From contig JBDSYI010000507.1 in the NCBI GenBank assembly GCA_039925745.1, positions 1 to 35,939 of the forward strand: DNA of 35,939 nt. Direction: 5' to 3'. A program made the translations under genes and the position numbers. Each line of letters starts with the position of its first letter. Positions within the stretch are counted from its first letter, which is position 1. Below are positions 1-9,012 of this stretch, one piece after another. Under the pieces are notes generated by a model. That model was not told the origin of the DNA and did no database searches. It saw nothing but the letters and a program-made list of their open reading frames with translations. The DNA comes from Casimicrobium sp. GTDB taxonomy: Bacteria; Pseudomonadota; Gammaproteobacteria; Burkholderiales; Casimicrobiaceae.

Positions 1-287
1 GCAGTCACCGACATCACCGTGAATGAGGTCGTCCGGGTGACCGAATCCCAGAACAGGGGATCCTGGAATATCTTGCCGTAGTTATCGAACCAGACAAACG
101 GCACTCGGTTCGGTCGAGTCAACTTCAGATCAAACAGGCTTATCCAAAACGAATAAAGCACCGGAAAGACAGCAACCACCATCAGCACCACCATCATCGG
201 TGCCAGAAGCAGCATGGCGCTTTTCTGGTCGTATGCGCTGACGGGATACTGGATGGCGCGCCGAAGCGCCCTGAGTGGATTTTTCAT
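1..287 (-). CDS. Carbohydrate ABC transporter permease, N-terminal part (runs off window)
   Basis: Own translation from ATG at 287: MKNPLRALRRAIQYPVSAYDQKSAMLLLAPMMVVLMVVAVFPVLYSFWISLFDLKLTRPNRVPFVWFDNYGKIFQDPLFWDSVTRT. The LLAP..FP..YS..SL and FV.FDNY..IFQDPLFW.S patterns are typical of MalF/UgpA-type permeases. Lies downstream of the binding protein. Confidence 0.9.
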   Translation of the reverse strand, partial: MKNPLRALRRAIQYPVSAYDQKSAMLLLAPMMVVLMVVAVFPVLYSFWISLFDLKLTRPNRVPFVWFDNYGKIFQDPLFWDSVTRTTSFTVMSVT

Positions 288-344
288 CGGGTATTTCTGG
301 TCGGCCTGCGCCGGGCAGACGTCAATGTGTCCGCCCAATCACAA

Positions 345-1667
345 TTACTTACGCATGTCGTTCCACGCTACCGTGGATTTTTTTAGTGCCGCGGCAACAG
401 TGCTCTTCCCAATGATGGCTGACTGCCAGGCTGAGCTATTGACTTCATCCCATTCGCCAAACCAGCGAGCGATGACATCCTTCTTGCGCGCGAACTGTTG
501 CTGCTTTTCATACATCGCGATGTCAGAATATTTGTCATAGATGGCCTTCACCTCGGGATCTTTGAATAGCTCTTTGACCGCAAAGCCGGAGCCAATATCG
601 GCGAACATCATCTTCTGGAACTGGTACTTACCGTCCGCCTTGCCTCCGAACCACTCGATTAGCTTGACGGCATTCGCCGACCGCGTTTTGTCTGCGGCCG
701 CTTGTGGCGTCATGCCATAAAAGCGCAGCCAGCCGACGGTCGCATTGGAGCCGCCGGGCCCTGCGGGCATGAGGGATTGCTTCACGTGACCAGCAATTGA
801 AGATTGCTTGGGATCATTCAGGGTACGTACTCGGTAACGCGCTAACAGGGAAAATGCGTGGTTGCCTGAGGTGAAGGACTTCAGACCATTGAGCTCGCCC
901 GTTTCGACGCACGCGGGCGACACGATTTTGTGCTTGTTGACCGCATCCACAATCCATTGCAGGGCTTTGACAGCGCCTTTTTGGGGGTCAGCCATCACCG
1001 GGTTGCCGTTGTCGTCAACAAAGCGGCCGCCGTTGGAGTAAACCATGGCGGTCATGAATTCGATGAGCCAACTTTCTTTGGCCATCGACAGCATCAGGGG
1101 GTACTCGCACACCCCAGCTTTTTTGATCAGGAGCGACTGCTGGACCACCTCGTCCCACGTTTTGGGTGGTTCGTTGATACCAACCTTTTTGAGCTTTTCG
1201 GCATCGTGGAAAAAGGCCATGTAGTCCGAGTAATAGGTTAGCCCGTATTGCTTACCCTTGTACTGCATGGATTTGGTGGCGAAGTCGTCGGCATCAGCGT
1301 TGTACTTCATGAGTTCGGGATACCCGTTGATCGGCGCAAGCCAACCTGCATCGGCCCACTCGGGCAACCAACTGTCGGACACCCACATGACGTCCAGTGG
1401 CGCTTTTCCTACAAACTTGGTCACCATGGCATCACGATACTGCGCCCAGGGCGAGTTGCTGTAGTTGACCTTGATGCCAGTTTTTGCTTCAAAGGCTGTC
1501 AGGTGACTTTTGACTACGTCCACACCTGCTGACCAGGTGTGGAAGTTCAGGGGCACACCCTGAGCGAATGCTGGTAACGCCAGCAGCCCAGTGCCCGCAA
1601 CGCCAGTAGCTGCGGACATTTTCAGGAAATCGCGGCGGCTGGTTTCATGTGTCCATAACTTGCTCAT
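345..1667 (-). CDS. Sugar-type ABC transporter substrate-binding protein with Tat signal
   Basis: SRRDFLK twin-arginine motif followed by a hydrophobic stretch ending AFA. SBP_bac_1-like motifs (AFEAKTGIKV, APLDVMW, PPKTWDE). ATG at 1667 preferred because AAGGA precedes it. Confidence 0.9.
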   Translation of the reverse strand: MSKLWTHETSRRDFLKMSAATGVAGTGLLALPAFAQGVPLNFHTWSAGVDVVKSHLTAFEAKTGIKVNYSNSPWAQYRDAMVTKFVGKAPLDVMWVSDSWLPEWADAGWLAPINGYPELMKYNADADDFATKSMQYKGKQYGLTYYSDYMAFFHDAEKLKKVGINEPPKTWDEVVQQSLLIKKAGVCEYPLMLSMAKESWLIEFMTAMVYSNGGRFVDDNGNPVMADPQKGAVKALQWIVDAVNKHKIVSPACVETGELNGLKSFTSGNHAFSLLARYRVRTLNDPKQSSIAGHVKQSLMPAGPGGSNATVGWLRFYGMTPQAAADKTRSANAVKLIEWFGGKADGKYQFQKMMFADIGSGFAVKELFKDPEVKAIYDKYSDIAMYEKQQQFARKKDVIARWFGEWDEVNSSAWQSAIIGKSTVAAALKKSTVAWNDMRK

Positions 1668-1723
1668 GATGTGATCCTTTAAAGTGTTTAACCAATGCAA
1701 ATTTGCGTTTATTGATTTTTAAG

Positions 1724-1737
1724 TCGTCAGTTGACGA
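1724..1737. promoter_or_regulatory. Candidate TetR operator TCGTCAGTTGACGA
   Basis: Imperfect palindrome upstream of the binding-protein gene. Exact reverse complement of 2163-2176. Confidence 0.75.
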
Positions 1738-1786
1738 TTTAACCATCGTTTTCTGTTACACGCCATAGACTTGCATTGCGACGGGT

Positions 1787-2098
1787 CTATTTAATGGGCG
1801 AAAATGAAACCGGGTTTAGAAACACGCTTTCCTGATGCACCAAATATGGCAAGATGCTGGGGACGAAGGCCTGCCACTCTGTGTCCTGCCCCATCTTCGC
1901 GCGCTGGCTGCCCCGGTGGCCCATGTCCTGATAGGCCCAAAGGAAAACTACTGAGTTCAGGACGCCCGACTCCTTGCTCCAGCAGCCGATCAACTGGGCA
2001 TATTTGGTGATGATGTGCAGGCCGTTGGCCTGATAGAGCTTCAGAAATTCAGGTGCCTTACCGGGCTGAATCTGGTAGGTGCGCATTTCAAGAATCAC
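1787..2098 (-). CDS. NIPSNAP family protein
   Basis: 103 aa, MILEMRTYQIQPGK...IGCW..E.G.LN.VVFLWAY...R...W...L.P..FSP pattern. GTG start with AGGAG RBS. Confidence 0.9.
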   Translation of the reverse strand: MILEMRTYQIQPGKAPEFLKLYQANGLHIITKYAQLIGCWSKESGVLNSVVFLWAYQDMGHRGSQRAKMGQDTEWQAFVPSILPYLVHQESVFLNPVSFSPIK

Positions 2099-2162
2099 AG
2101 TCTCTCCTAAGTATAAAAACGCCAGCGAAGCGCTTTCACTAACCCTCCGCGCTGGACAATAA

Positions 2163-2176
2163 TCGTCAACTGACGA
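2163..2176. promoter_or_regulatory. Candidate TetR operator TCGTCAACTGACGA
   Basis: Imperfect palindrome in the divergent NIPSNAP/TetR intergenic region, repeated at 1724-1737. Confidence 0.75.
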
Positions 2177-2206
2177 TATATTCTGCCATCAGATGAGCCT
2201 TGAGCG

Positions 2207-2908
2207 ATGAAAGCTAAATCCGATCTTCTGAGCGCCAGTAACCGCCAAAAAACATCCGTCGCCCCTAAGAACGGCGGACGCCGTGTCACGGTCCGAATGC
2301 CCGCAGCCCAACGACGTGCGCAAGTGCTGGCCAAGGCCTATGATTTTTTTGCAGAATACGGTCTGACCGCTCAAACCCGAGCGCTAGCCGATGCCTGCGG
2401 CATTTCACAACGCTTGCTCTACAGCATCTTTCCGAACAAGGCAGCGCTCATCAATGCGGTTTACGAAACAGAAATTGCGGGCGTCTTCAAGGCCATATGG
2501 TTTGCCCAGTTAGCTGATCGCACCAAGCCCATTGAGCAGCGGCTCAACGCTTTTTACCGTGAGTATTACGACACTGTTCTGACGCGACGCTGGCTGCGAC
2601 TTTTCCTCTATGCCTCTTTGGCAGAAGTAGAAATGGCGCCCACGTACATCGCTGAAATCATCACGCGTCTGCTCGACACGATTGTCGAGGAAACCGCCAA
2701 GGAGGCCGGCTTGCGTATCCCGGAAAATCCGGCGGAACTGAGAGAAATCGGCTGGATTCTTCACGGCGCGGTCTCCCACCTGGCGATCCGCCGTGAGGTC
2801 TATGGCGGACCAAGCCAATTGCCAGTTGAGGTGGTGCTGCAACTAACGGTTACGTCATTTCTCGTTGGTCTGCGGGCCATCCTTCCGTTAATCGCTGAAG
2901 CGGACTGA
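2207..2908 (+). CDS. TetR/AcrR family transcriptional regulator
   Basis: HTH: RRAQVLAKAYDFFAEYGL...TRALADACGISQRLLYSIFPNKAAL. Start could be the later ATG (MPAAQ). Confidence 0.92.
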   Translation: MKAKSDLLSASNRQKTSVAPKNGGRRVTVRMPAAQRRAQVLAKAYDFFAEYGLTAQTRALADACGISQRLLYSIFPNKAALINAVYETEIAGVFKAIWFAQLADRTKPIEQRLNAFYREYYDTVLTRRWLRLFLYASLAEVEMAPTYIAEIITRLLDTIVEETAKEAGLRIPENPAELREIGWILHGAVSHLAIRREVYGGPSQLPVEVVLQLTVTSFLVGLRAILPLIAEAD

Positions 2909-3335
2909 GCGACGCCGAACAGGAGCCGACGATCCCATTGGGAAATCGGTCACCTTGCCGATGCTGAAGCGCTCAAAAAAGTTGGCTTAAATACGCTCAG
3001 CCGTTGCAATTGAAGGTGTCAAGCGCGAAATGCAAAAAACGAGCTTGAAGTAACCGCCTGCATAGCGACCTGCCCGCCGAGCCCGGTGCAACCAATATAT
3101 TGACGACGACTGGCGATGGCGTTTGATGTTCCGGCACGCGGCGCGGATGGCTGTTGCGGCTGTGTCCAGAGGCTGTCTGGATGGTACCGTGCGCGGCAAT
3201 GACAGCATTTGTTTGAACTAAAGCGCGCGCAAAGGCTGGCTAGCTAAATCGTTAATAGTCGCCTTTTCGCTAAAACGTGACACAGCCCCTATGTAGTAGA
3301 CGTCTTACAAGAAAACCGGAGGTTCAATATGTCGC

Positions 3336-3364
3336 AAAAAAAGCACCCGAAGGTGCCTTTTTTT
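3336..3364. terminator. Intrinsic terminator, probably bidirectional
   Basis: A7-GCACC-CGAA-GGTGC-C-T7. C(UUCG)G loop on the minus strand, just after the stop at 3379. Confidence 0.85.
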
Positions 3365-3378
3365 CGTTCACCGAGAGC

Positions 3379-4959
3379 TTACGAACCGCCGCCCGAAACA
3401 TTGGCAAAGCGGGCCTCTGGACGATCATCCGAACGATGGATCGTCGTCACTTCTTTTTTCATCGCCCATGGACGAATCTGATGGTGCAGAGTGACGTAGT
3501 AGTACTCTTCTTTGGTGCGCTCGAGTGCGCGACGGATCAATGCATTGCGCTTGACTTCGTCGGGCTCGATTTTGAGCTGATCGATGATGGCGTCGAGGCG
3601 CGTATCGTTGATCCGACCGAGGTTGAAGTTGCCATCAGCGCCGGTGGTTTTGGTACGCACCAGTGATTGCAGGGAATACAGCGCATCGTAGGTCGCCACA
3701 CCCCAGCCCAACATGTAGACGCTGGTATCGAAGTTTTGAATCTTCGCGATGTAGGGTGCGAAATTCATTGAGTTCAACTTCGGTTTCATGCCGATTTTTG
3801 CCCACATGGCCACAATCGCCTGACACACCTTTTCGTCGTTGACATAGCGATTGTTCGGGCAGTCGAGCGTCAGTTCGAAGCCGTCCGGATAGCCAGCTTC
3901 AACCAGTAATTTCTTGGCTTTGATCGGGTTGTATTCAGACTTGTCGATGTCGGTGCTGTAGCCGTTAACGCCGGGCGCTACCATCATGCCAGCAGGCACA
4001 GATAGTCCGCGCATGATGGCGCGCTTGATGCCTTCGCGATCCACGGCAAGTGACAGCGCTTCACGAACGCGCTTGTCTTTGAACGGATTTTTGCCCTTGA
4101 CGTTGGTGTACTTGGCCTCGTCGCTGTGTTGATCCATGCCGAGGAAAATCGTGCGTACTTCAATGCCTTCCATTACGCGCAGTTTCGGGTCCTTTTTTAA
4201 GCGCTCAACGTCTTGCGGGGGCACTTCGGTGACGAGGTCCACGTCGCCCGCGATGAGTGCGGCAATCCGCGTCGCGTCGGCCTTGATGGGCAGGTAGGTG
4301 TAGGCCGTTACGTTGCCGTTTTTCTTGCCCCACCAATTAGCGTTGTCGGTGAACTCAATTTTTTGCTCAGGAGCCCAGCTCTTCCACACGTATGGGCCTG
4401 TGCCCATGGCGTTGCGCGAGGCGTAGGTGTCTTCCTTCGCCTTGTAATCCTGAATATTGTTCGCTTTGTTTTTCTCGGCCCACGCCTTGCTCATGATGCG
4501 GAAATCGATGATGTTCCGGAGCAGAATCGGGTTCGGGGCGGGCATGATGAAATCGACCGTGTAGTCGTCGATTTTTTTCACGTCTGAGATGCCCGCGATG
4601 TAGATTTGCATCGTGCCCTGCGGCTGCTTGATGCGGTTGAAACTGAACACTACGTCGTCAGCGGTAAACGGCGTTCCGTCGTGGAATTTGACGCCTTTGC
4701 GCAATTCAAAGCGGACCTGAGTAGGCGAGATGTACGTCCATTTGGTGGCGAGCGCTGGCTCTACTTCATATTTCGCGTTGTAGCGCGTCAAACCCTCATA
4801 TACGTGCATCAAAATCGCGTTTGTGGTCGCGTGATTCTGCGAATGCGGATCCGCAGTCAAAATATCGTTTTGCGCCGCTGCTCTGAGCGTCGCTGCCTGG
4901 CTGGTCGCCAGCGTCAAGCCAAGTGCGGCAACCAGCGCCACACGTTTAAAACAATTCAT
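3379..4959 (-). CDS. Family-5 (DppA/OppA-like) ABC substrate-binding protein
   Basis: Sec signal peptide. Motifs VYEGLT, PALATKW, F.LRKGVKFHDGTPFTADDVVFS, GTGPY, NPFKDKRVREAL. Confidence 0.92.
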   Translation of the reverse strand: MNCFKRVALVAALGLTLATSQAATLRAAAQNDILTADPHSQNHATTNAILMHVYEGLTRYNAKYEVEPALATKWTYISPTQVRFELRKGVKFHDGTPFTADDVVFSFNRIKQPQGTMQIYIAGISDVKKIDDYTVDFIMPAPNPILLRNIIDFRIMSKAWAEKNKANNIQDYKAKEDTYASRNAMGTGPYVWKSWAPEQKIEFTDNANWWGKKNGNVTAYTYLPIKADATRIAALIAGDVDLVTEVPPQDVERLKKDPKLRVMEGIEVRTIFLGMDQHSDEAKYTNVKGKNPFKDKRVREALSLAVDREGIKRAIMRGLSVPAGMMVAPGVNGYSTDIDKSEYNPIKAKKLLVEAGYPDGFELTLDCPNNRYVNDEKVCQAIVAMWAKIGMKPKLNSMNFAPYIAKIQNFDTSVYMLGWGVATYDALYSLQSLVRTKTTGADGNFNLGRINDTRLDAIIDQLKIEPDEVKRNALIRRALERTKEEYYYVTLHHQIRPWAMKKEVTTIHRSDDRPEARFANVSGGGS

Positions 4960-5100
4960 AAATTCCCCCAAAAAATTTAATCCGGTAATTTACTTTAAAT
5001 CTTGTTGCTGCGCACGCCATATGCGAGGAGGGTTATCCCGGAACTTCGGTGGCGAAAGCGGCTACACTCTTTCGGGTCAATAGAAAAGGGGAGGTGTCCG

Positions 5101-6216
5101 ATGCAGATCGGCATCATCAAAGAGACGGCAGCGGGTGAAACGCGCGTCGCCGCCACACCGGAAACGGTCAAGAAAATCGCTGCAATTCCGGGCATCACCA
5201 TAGTGCTGGAGTCAGGTGCGGGCAACGCATCCAGCCTGCTTGACGAGGCGTACGCGGCGGCGGGCGCGATGATCAAAGCCAGCGCGCAGGAAGTGCTGGC
5301 GGAGAGCGACATCGTGCTCAAAGTGCGCGGCCCCAGCGCTGGCGAATTGACCGCAGTCAAGAATGGCGCAAGTATTATTGGGCTCTTAAATCCGTTCAAT
5401 GCGGAAGGCATCGCAGCGCTCAAGGCGCACGGCGTCAACGGCTTCTCGATGGACAAAGCGCCGCGCACCACGCGCGCGCAAAGCATGGATGTGCTGTCGT
5501 CGCAGGCCAACATTGCGGGTTACAAATCCGTGATTCTCGCGGCTAATCACTACCCCAAATTTTTCCCAATGCTGATGACCGCGGCGGGCACGGTGAAAGC
5601 CGCCCGTGTTGTCATTCTCGGTGTCGGCGTTGCGGGCTTGCAAGCTATCGCTACCGCTAAACGATTGGGCGCTGTCATCGAAGCATCCGACGTGCGTCCT
5701 TCCGTTAAAGAGCAAGTCGAGTCGCTTGGCGCGAAGTTCATCGACGTGCCGTATGAGACCGATGAAGAGCGCGAAGCAGCGGTGGGCGTTGGCGGCTACG
5801 CCAAGGCCATGCCAGAGAGCTGGATGTCGCGGCAGCGCGCAGAAGTCGCCAAGCGCGTCGCGATGGCGGATATCGTCATCACCACGGCTTTGATCCCCGG
5901 TCGCCCGGCTCCAGTGCTAGTCACTGAAGACATGGTTAAAGCGATGAAGCCAGGTTCGGTCATCATCGATCTCGCAGCAGAACAGGGCGGCAATTGCCCT
6001 CTGACCGTGAAGGACGAAGTGGTGGTCAAGCACGGCGTGACGCTGGTCGGCCACACCAATCTCGCGGCGCTGTTGCCACAAGACGCTAGCGCACTTTACT
6101 CTCGCAATCTGCTGGATTTTTTGAAGCTGCTGGTTGATTTCAAGACGGGGACTTTCAAGATTGACCTTGAGGACGATATCGTTGCGGCCACATTGGTTAC
6201 AGGAGACAAAAAATGA
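5101..6216 (+). CDS. pntAa: NAD(P) transhydrogenase alpha subunit part 1 (domain I)
   Basis: GETRVAATPETVKK, RAQSMDVLSSQANIAGY, GVGVAGLQAI, ITTALIPGRPAP. ATG at 5101 follows GGAGG. Confidence 0.96.
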   Translation: MQIGIIKETAAGETRVAATPETVKKIAAIPGITIVLESGAGNASSLLDEAYAAAGAMIKASAQEVLAESDIVLKVRGPSAGELTAVKNGASIIGLLNPFNAEGIAALKAHGVNGFSMDKAPRTTRAQSMDVLSSQANIAGYKSVILAANHYPKFFPMLMTAAGTVKAARVVILGVGVAGLQAIATAKRLGAVIEASDVRPSVKEQVESLGAKFIDVPYETDEEREAAVGVGGYAKAMPESWMSRQRAEVAKRVAMADIVITTALIPGRPAPVLVTEDMVKAMKPGSVIIDLAAEQGGNCPLTVKDEVVVKHGVTLVGHTNLAALLPQDASALYSRNLLDFLKLLVDFKTGTFKIDLEDDIVAATLVTGDKK

Positions 6217-6533
6217 GCGGTGTAGACCATATTGTCATCAACCTGATCATTTTCGTTTTGGCGATCTATGTGGGCTATCACGTCGTCTGGAACGTGACAC
6301 CTGCGCTGCACACGCCGCTGATGGCAGTGACCAACGCGATCTCGGCGATCATCATCGTTGGCGCGATGCTTGCCGCTGCGTTGACCGAAACGACACTTGG
6401 CAAAACAATGGGCGTGCTCGCCGTGGCACTGGCTGCCGTGAACGTGTTCGGTGGATTTTTAGTGACCAAACGCATGCTCGAGATGTTCAAGAAAAAAGAG
6501 AAAAAAGTTGCACCGACGGAGGCTGCTAAATGA
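6213..6533 (+). CDS. pntAb: NAD(P) transhydrogenase alpha subunit part 2
   Basis: VTPALHTPLMAVTNAIS, NVFGGFLVT.RMLEMF. ATGA overlap with the upstream gene. Confidence 0.96.
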   Translation: MSGVDHIVINLIIFVLAIYVGYHVVWNVTPALHTPLMAVTNAISAIIIVGAMLAAALTETTLGKTMGVLAVALAAVNVFGGFLVTKRMLEMFKKKEKKVAPTEAAK

Positions 6534-7951
6534 GCATGAACTTAGTCGTTCTTCTCTATCTGGTTGCGTCGATCTTTTTCATTCAGGCGCTTAAAGGCCT
6601 GTCGCACCCAACGACCTCGATTAAAGGCAATCGATTCGGCATGGTCGGCATGGCCATCGCGGCCGTAACGACCTGTGCATTGATCTATAACCTCGCCGGT
6701 AATTCGGCGGCGGGTTTGAGCTATGTGCTGCTCGGGTTGATCGTCGGCGGCGGTATCGGTGCCGTCATGGCCAAGCGCGTTGAAATGACCAAGATGCCGG
6801 AGCTGGTCGCGTTCATGCACAGCATGATTGGCTTGGCTGCAGTGTTCATCGCGGTCGCAGCCGTGGCCGAGCCGTATGCGTTCGGCATCACGCAAAAAGG
6901 CGCGCTGATCCCTGGCGGTAACCGTATTGAGCTCGCTCTGGGCGCGTTCATCGGTGCAATCACTTTCACCGGTTCCGTGATCGCGTTCGGAAAGCTCTCG
7001 GGCAAATACAAATTTCGTCTGTTTCAGGGCGCGCCGGTCACGTTCAAAGGACAACATCCGCTGAACGCAGTGCTCGGACTGGCAACGCTGTTTTTCATCT
7101 ACAGCTTTTGGAGTACCGAGTCATTCAACGCGTTCATGGTCATCATCGCACTCGGTTTCTTGCTGGGCATACTGATCATCATCCCGATTGGTGGTGCCGA
7201 CATGCCGGTCGTGGTGTCGATGCTGAACAGCTATTCCGGTTGGGCAGCGGCGGGCATTGGTTTCTCGCTCAATAACCCGATGTTGATCATCGCTGGCTCG
7301 CTCGTCGGATCAAGCGGTGCGATTTTGTCGTACATCATGTGCAAAGCGATGAACCGCTCGTTCATCAGTGTGATTTTGGGCGGCTTTGGTGGGGACGCGG
7401 GCACAGTGACGGGTTCGAAAGAAGCTCGCCCCGTCAAGAGCGGCAGCGCTGACGACGCAGCGTTCATGCTGTCGAACGCGGACAGCGTTGTCATCGTTCC
7501 CGGCTACGGCCTCGCAGTAGCGCGTGCGCAGCATGCAACTAAAGAACTGGCACAGAAACTGATCGCCAAAGGCATAAGCGTGAAGTATGCGATTCATCCC
7601 GTAGCGGGCCGCATGCCGGGCCACATGAACGTGCTGCTCGCCGAAGCCGAAGTACCCTACGATCAGGTGTACGAGATGGAGGACATCAACTCCGATTTCG
7701 CGCAAACCGACGTTGTGCTGGTGCTCGGCGCCAACGACGTGGTGAACCCCCTCGCGTTGCAGAAAGGCAGCCCGATTTACGGCATGCCGATTCTTGAGGC
7801 ATACAAAGCGCGCACGGTGATCGTCAACAAGCGCTCTATGGCGGCAGGCTACGCTGGGCTCGACAACGAACTCTTCTACATGGACAAAACCATGATGGTA
7901 TTCGGCGACGCCAAGGGTGTGGTTGAGGCCATGCTCAAAGCGGTCGAGTAG
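6530..7951 (+). CDS. pntB: NAD(P) transhydrogenase beta subunit
   Basis: MPELVA.MHS, GGADMPVVVSMLNSYSG, VPGYGLAVA, HPVAGRMPGHMNVLLAEA, GANDVVNP. Confidence 0.97.
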   Translation: MSMNLVVLLYLVASIFFIQALKGLSHPTTSIKGNRFGMVGMAIAAVTTCALIYNLAGNSAAGLSYVLLGLIVGGGIGAVMAKRVEMTKMPELVAFMHSMIGLAAVFIAVAAVAEPYAFGITQKGALIPGGNRIELALGAFIGAITFTGSVIAFGKLSGKYKFRLFQGAPVTFKGQHPLNAVLGLATLFFIYSFWSTESFNAFMVIIALGFLLGILIIIPIGGADMPVVVSMLNSYSGWAAAGIGFSLNNPMLIIAGSLVGSSGAILSYIMCKAMNRSFISVILGGFGGDAGTVTGSKEARPVKSGSADDAAFMLSNADSVVIVPGYGLAVARAQHATKELAQKLIAKGISVKYAIHPVAGRMPGHMNVLLAEAEVPYDQVYEMEDINSDFAQTDVVLVLGANDVVNPLALQKGSPIYGMPILEAYKARTVIVNKRSMAAGYAGLDNELFYMDKTMMVFGDAKGVVEAMLKAVE

Positions 7952-8040
7952 ACCCGGCCAATCGCTAGCAGCGGCTTCATCGCGACCGATATCTCGAAAT
8001 TCGAGTGGGTCGCGGTACGGCCGCTTCTGCGGTTCCTACA
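7948..8040. repeat. Long imperfect hairpin, degenerate GTAG-type REP doublet
   Basis: Nested stems AGCGGC/GCCGCT, ATCGCGACC/GGTCGCGGT, CTCGAA/TTCGAG. Right end reads GTAGGAA-CCGC-AGAA-GCGG on the minus strand. Confidence 0.55.
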
Positions 8041-8072
8041 TTTTGCGAATGCTTCACGCTGCTTAGTTTTAC

Positions 8073-8963
8073 GTGCCACTTCGCCATAATCTCCTAGCGC
8101 TGGCCATTGCCACGATCTGGGGCTTGACCTTTGTCTCAATCAAAATCGCGCTGCAAACGATGCCGCCTTTCGCGCTGTCGGGCTGGCGTTTTTTTATGGC
8201 GGCCGTGCCGTTGGTGTTTTTTGTGGGCAAGCCGCAGGTGGCGTGGCGCTGGCTGTTTATCTACGCTGCGTTCATCGCCATCGGCCAGTTTGTGATTCTC
8301 TTCATCGCGCTCAATCTGGGCATGCCTGCGGGCCTTTTGTCGCTTATCGTGCAGACGCAGGTTTTCTTCACCATTGGCCTCGCCGTCGCGTTCTTCCGCG
8401 AATCCGTGCAGCGCTGGCACATCGTGGGCGCGGTGATTGCAGCGGTAGGTCTGATCGTGATCGGAGTGAGCAAGCTGCAGGGCGGCCTTGGCCTGGCATT
8501 TACGCTAGTACTCGTCGGCGCGTTCTTCTGGGGGGCGGGCAATACCGTGGCCAAGCATGTCGCCCGAGTCGCCGAAGGTGGGCGCGTGAACGCGATGAAT
8601 TTCGTGGCGTGGACGAGCCTTGCGGCAGTGCCGATGCTGATCGTGATTTCGTTGGTGATGGAAGGCAGCGACGCGCTGATGCGTCCGCTCACGGCGCATA
8701 GCTGGAGTTTGTGGGGGCACCTTGGTGTGCTCGCGTATGCGGCGCAGGTGTTTGGCTACGGGCTATGGTCTAACCTGTTGACGCGCTACCCCGCATCTGC
8801 AGTGTCGCCGTTTGCACTCTGGGTGCCAGTGGCAGGCATGTCGGCCACCGCGTGGATGTTCGGCGAATCGCTCACAGGTGTTCAGATTGTCGGCGCAATC
8901 ATCGTGCTTGCGGGGTTGGCCGTTGCGGTTTTGGGACCGATTTTCAGGCAAAAAATGGCGTAA
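8073..8963 (+). CDS. EamA/DMT family exporter (EamA/YdeD-like)
   Basis: About 10 hydrophobic segments. IWGL.FV.IK, GMPAGL.SLIVQTQVFFTI, GYGLW..LL.RYPA..V.PF.L.VPV.GM. Confidence 0.9.
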   Translation: MPLRHNLLALAIATIWGLTFVSIKIALQTMPPFALSGWRFFMAAVPLVFFVGKPQVAWRWLFIYAAFIAIGQFVILFIALNLGMPAGLLSLIVQTQVFFTIGLAVAFFRESVQRWHIVGAVIAAVGLIVIGVSKLQGGLGLAFTLVLVGAFFWGAGNTVAKHVARVAEGGRVNAMNFVAWTSLAAVPMLIVISLVMEGSDALMRPLTAHSWSLWGHLGVLAYAAQVFGYGLWSNLLTRYPASAVSPFALWVPVAGMSATAWMFGESLTGVQIVGAIIVLAGLAVAVLGPIFRQKMA

Positions 8964-9012
8964 GCGGTTCGACTTTTACGAATTTTGGCCGCTAGCCCCA
9001 GTGTGGCGGCGC

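Noticed and set aside
2987-3208. 73-aa minus-strand ORF
   Set aside because: No RBS, no recognisable motif, atypical composition.
3158-3287. 9-bp inverted repeat GGCTGTGTC / GACACAGCC as MITE ends
   Set aside because: Too short, no target duplication seen, no transposase.
4960-5100. HexR box upstream of pntA
   Set aside because: No 15-bp TGT...ACA match found by eye.
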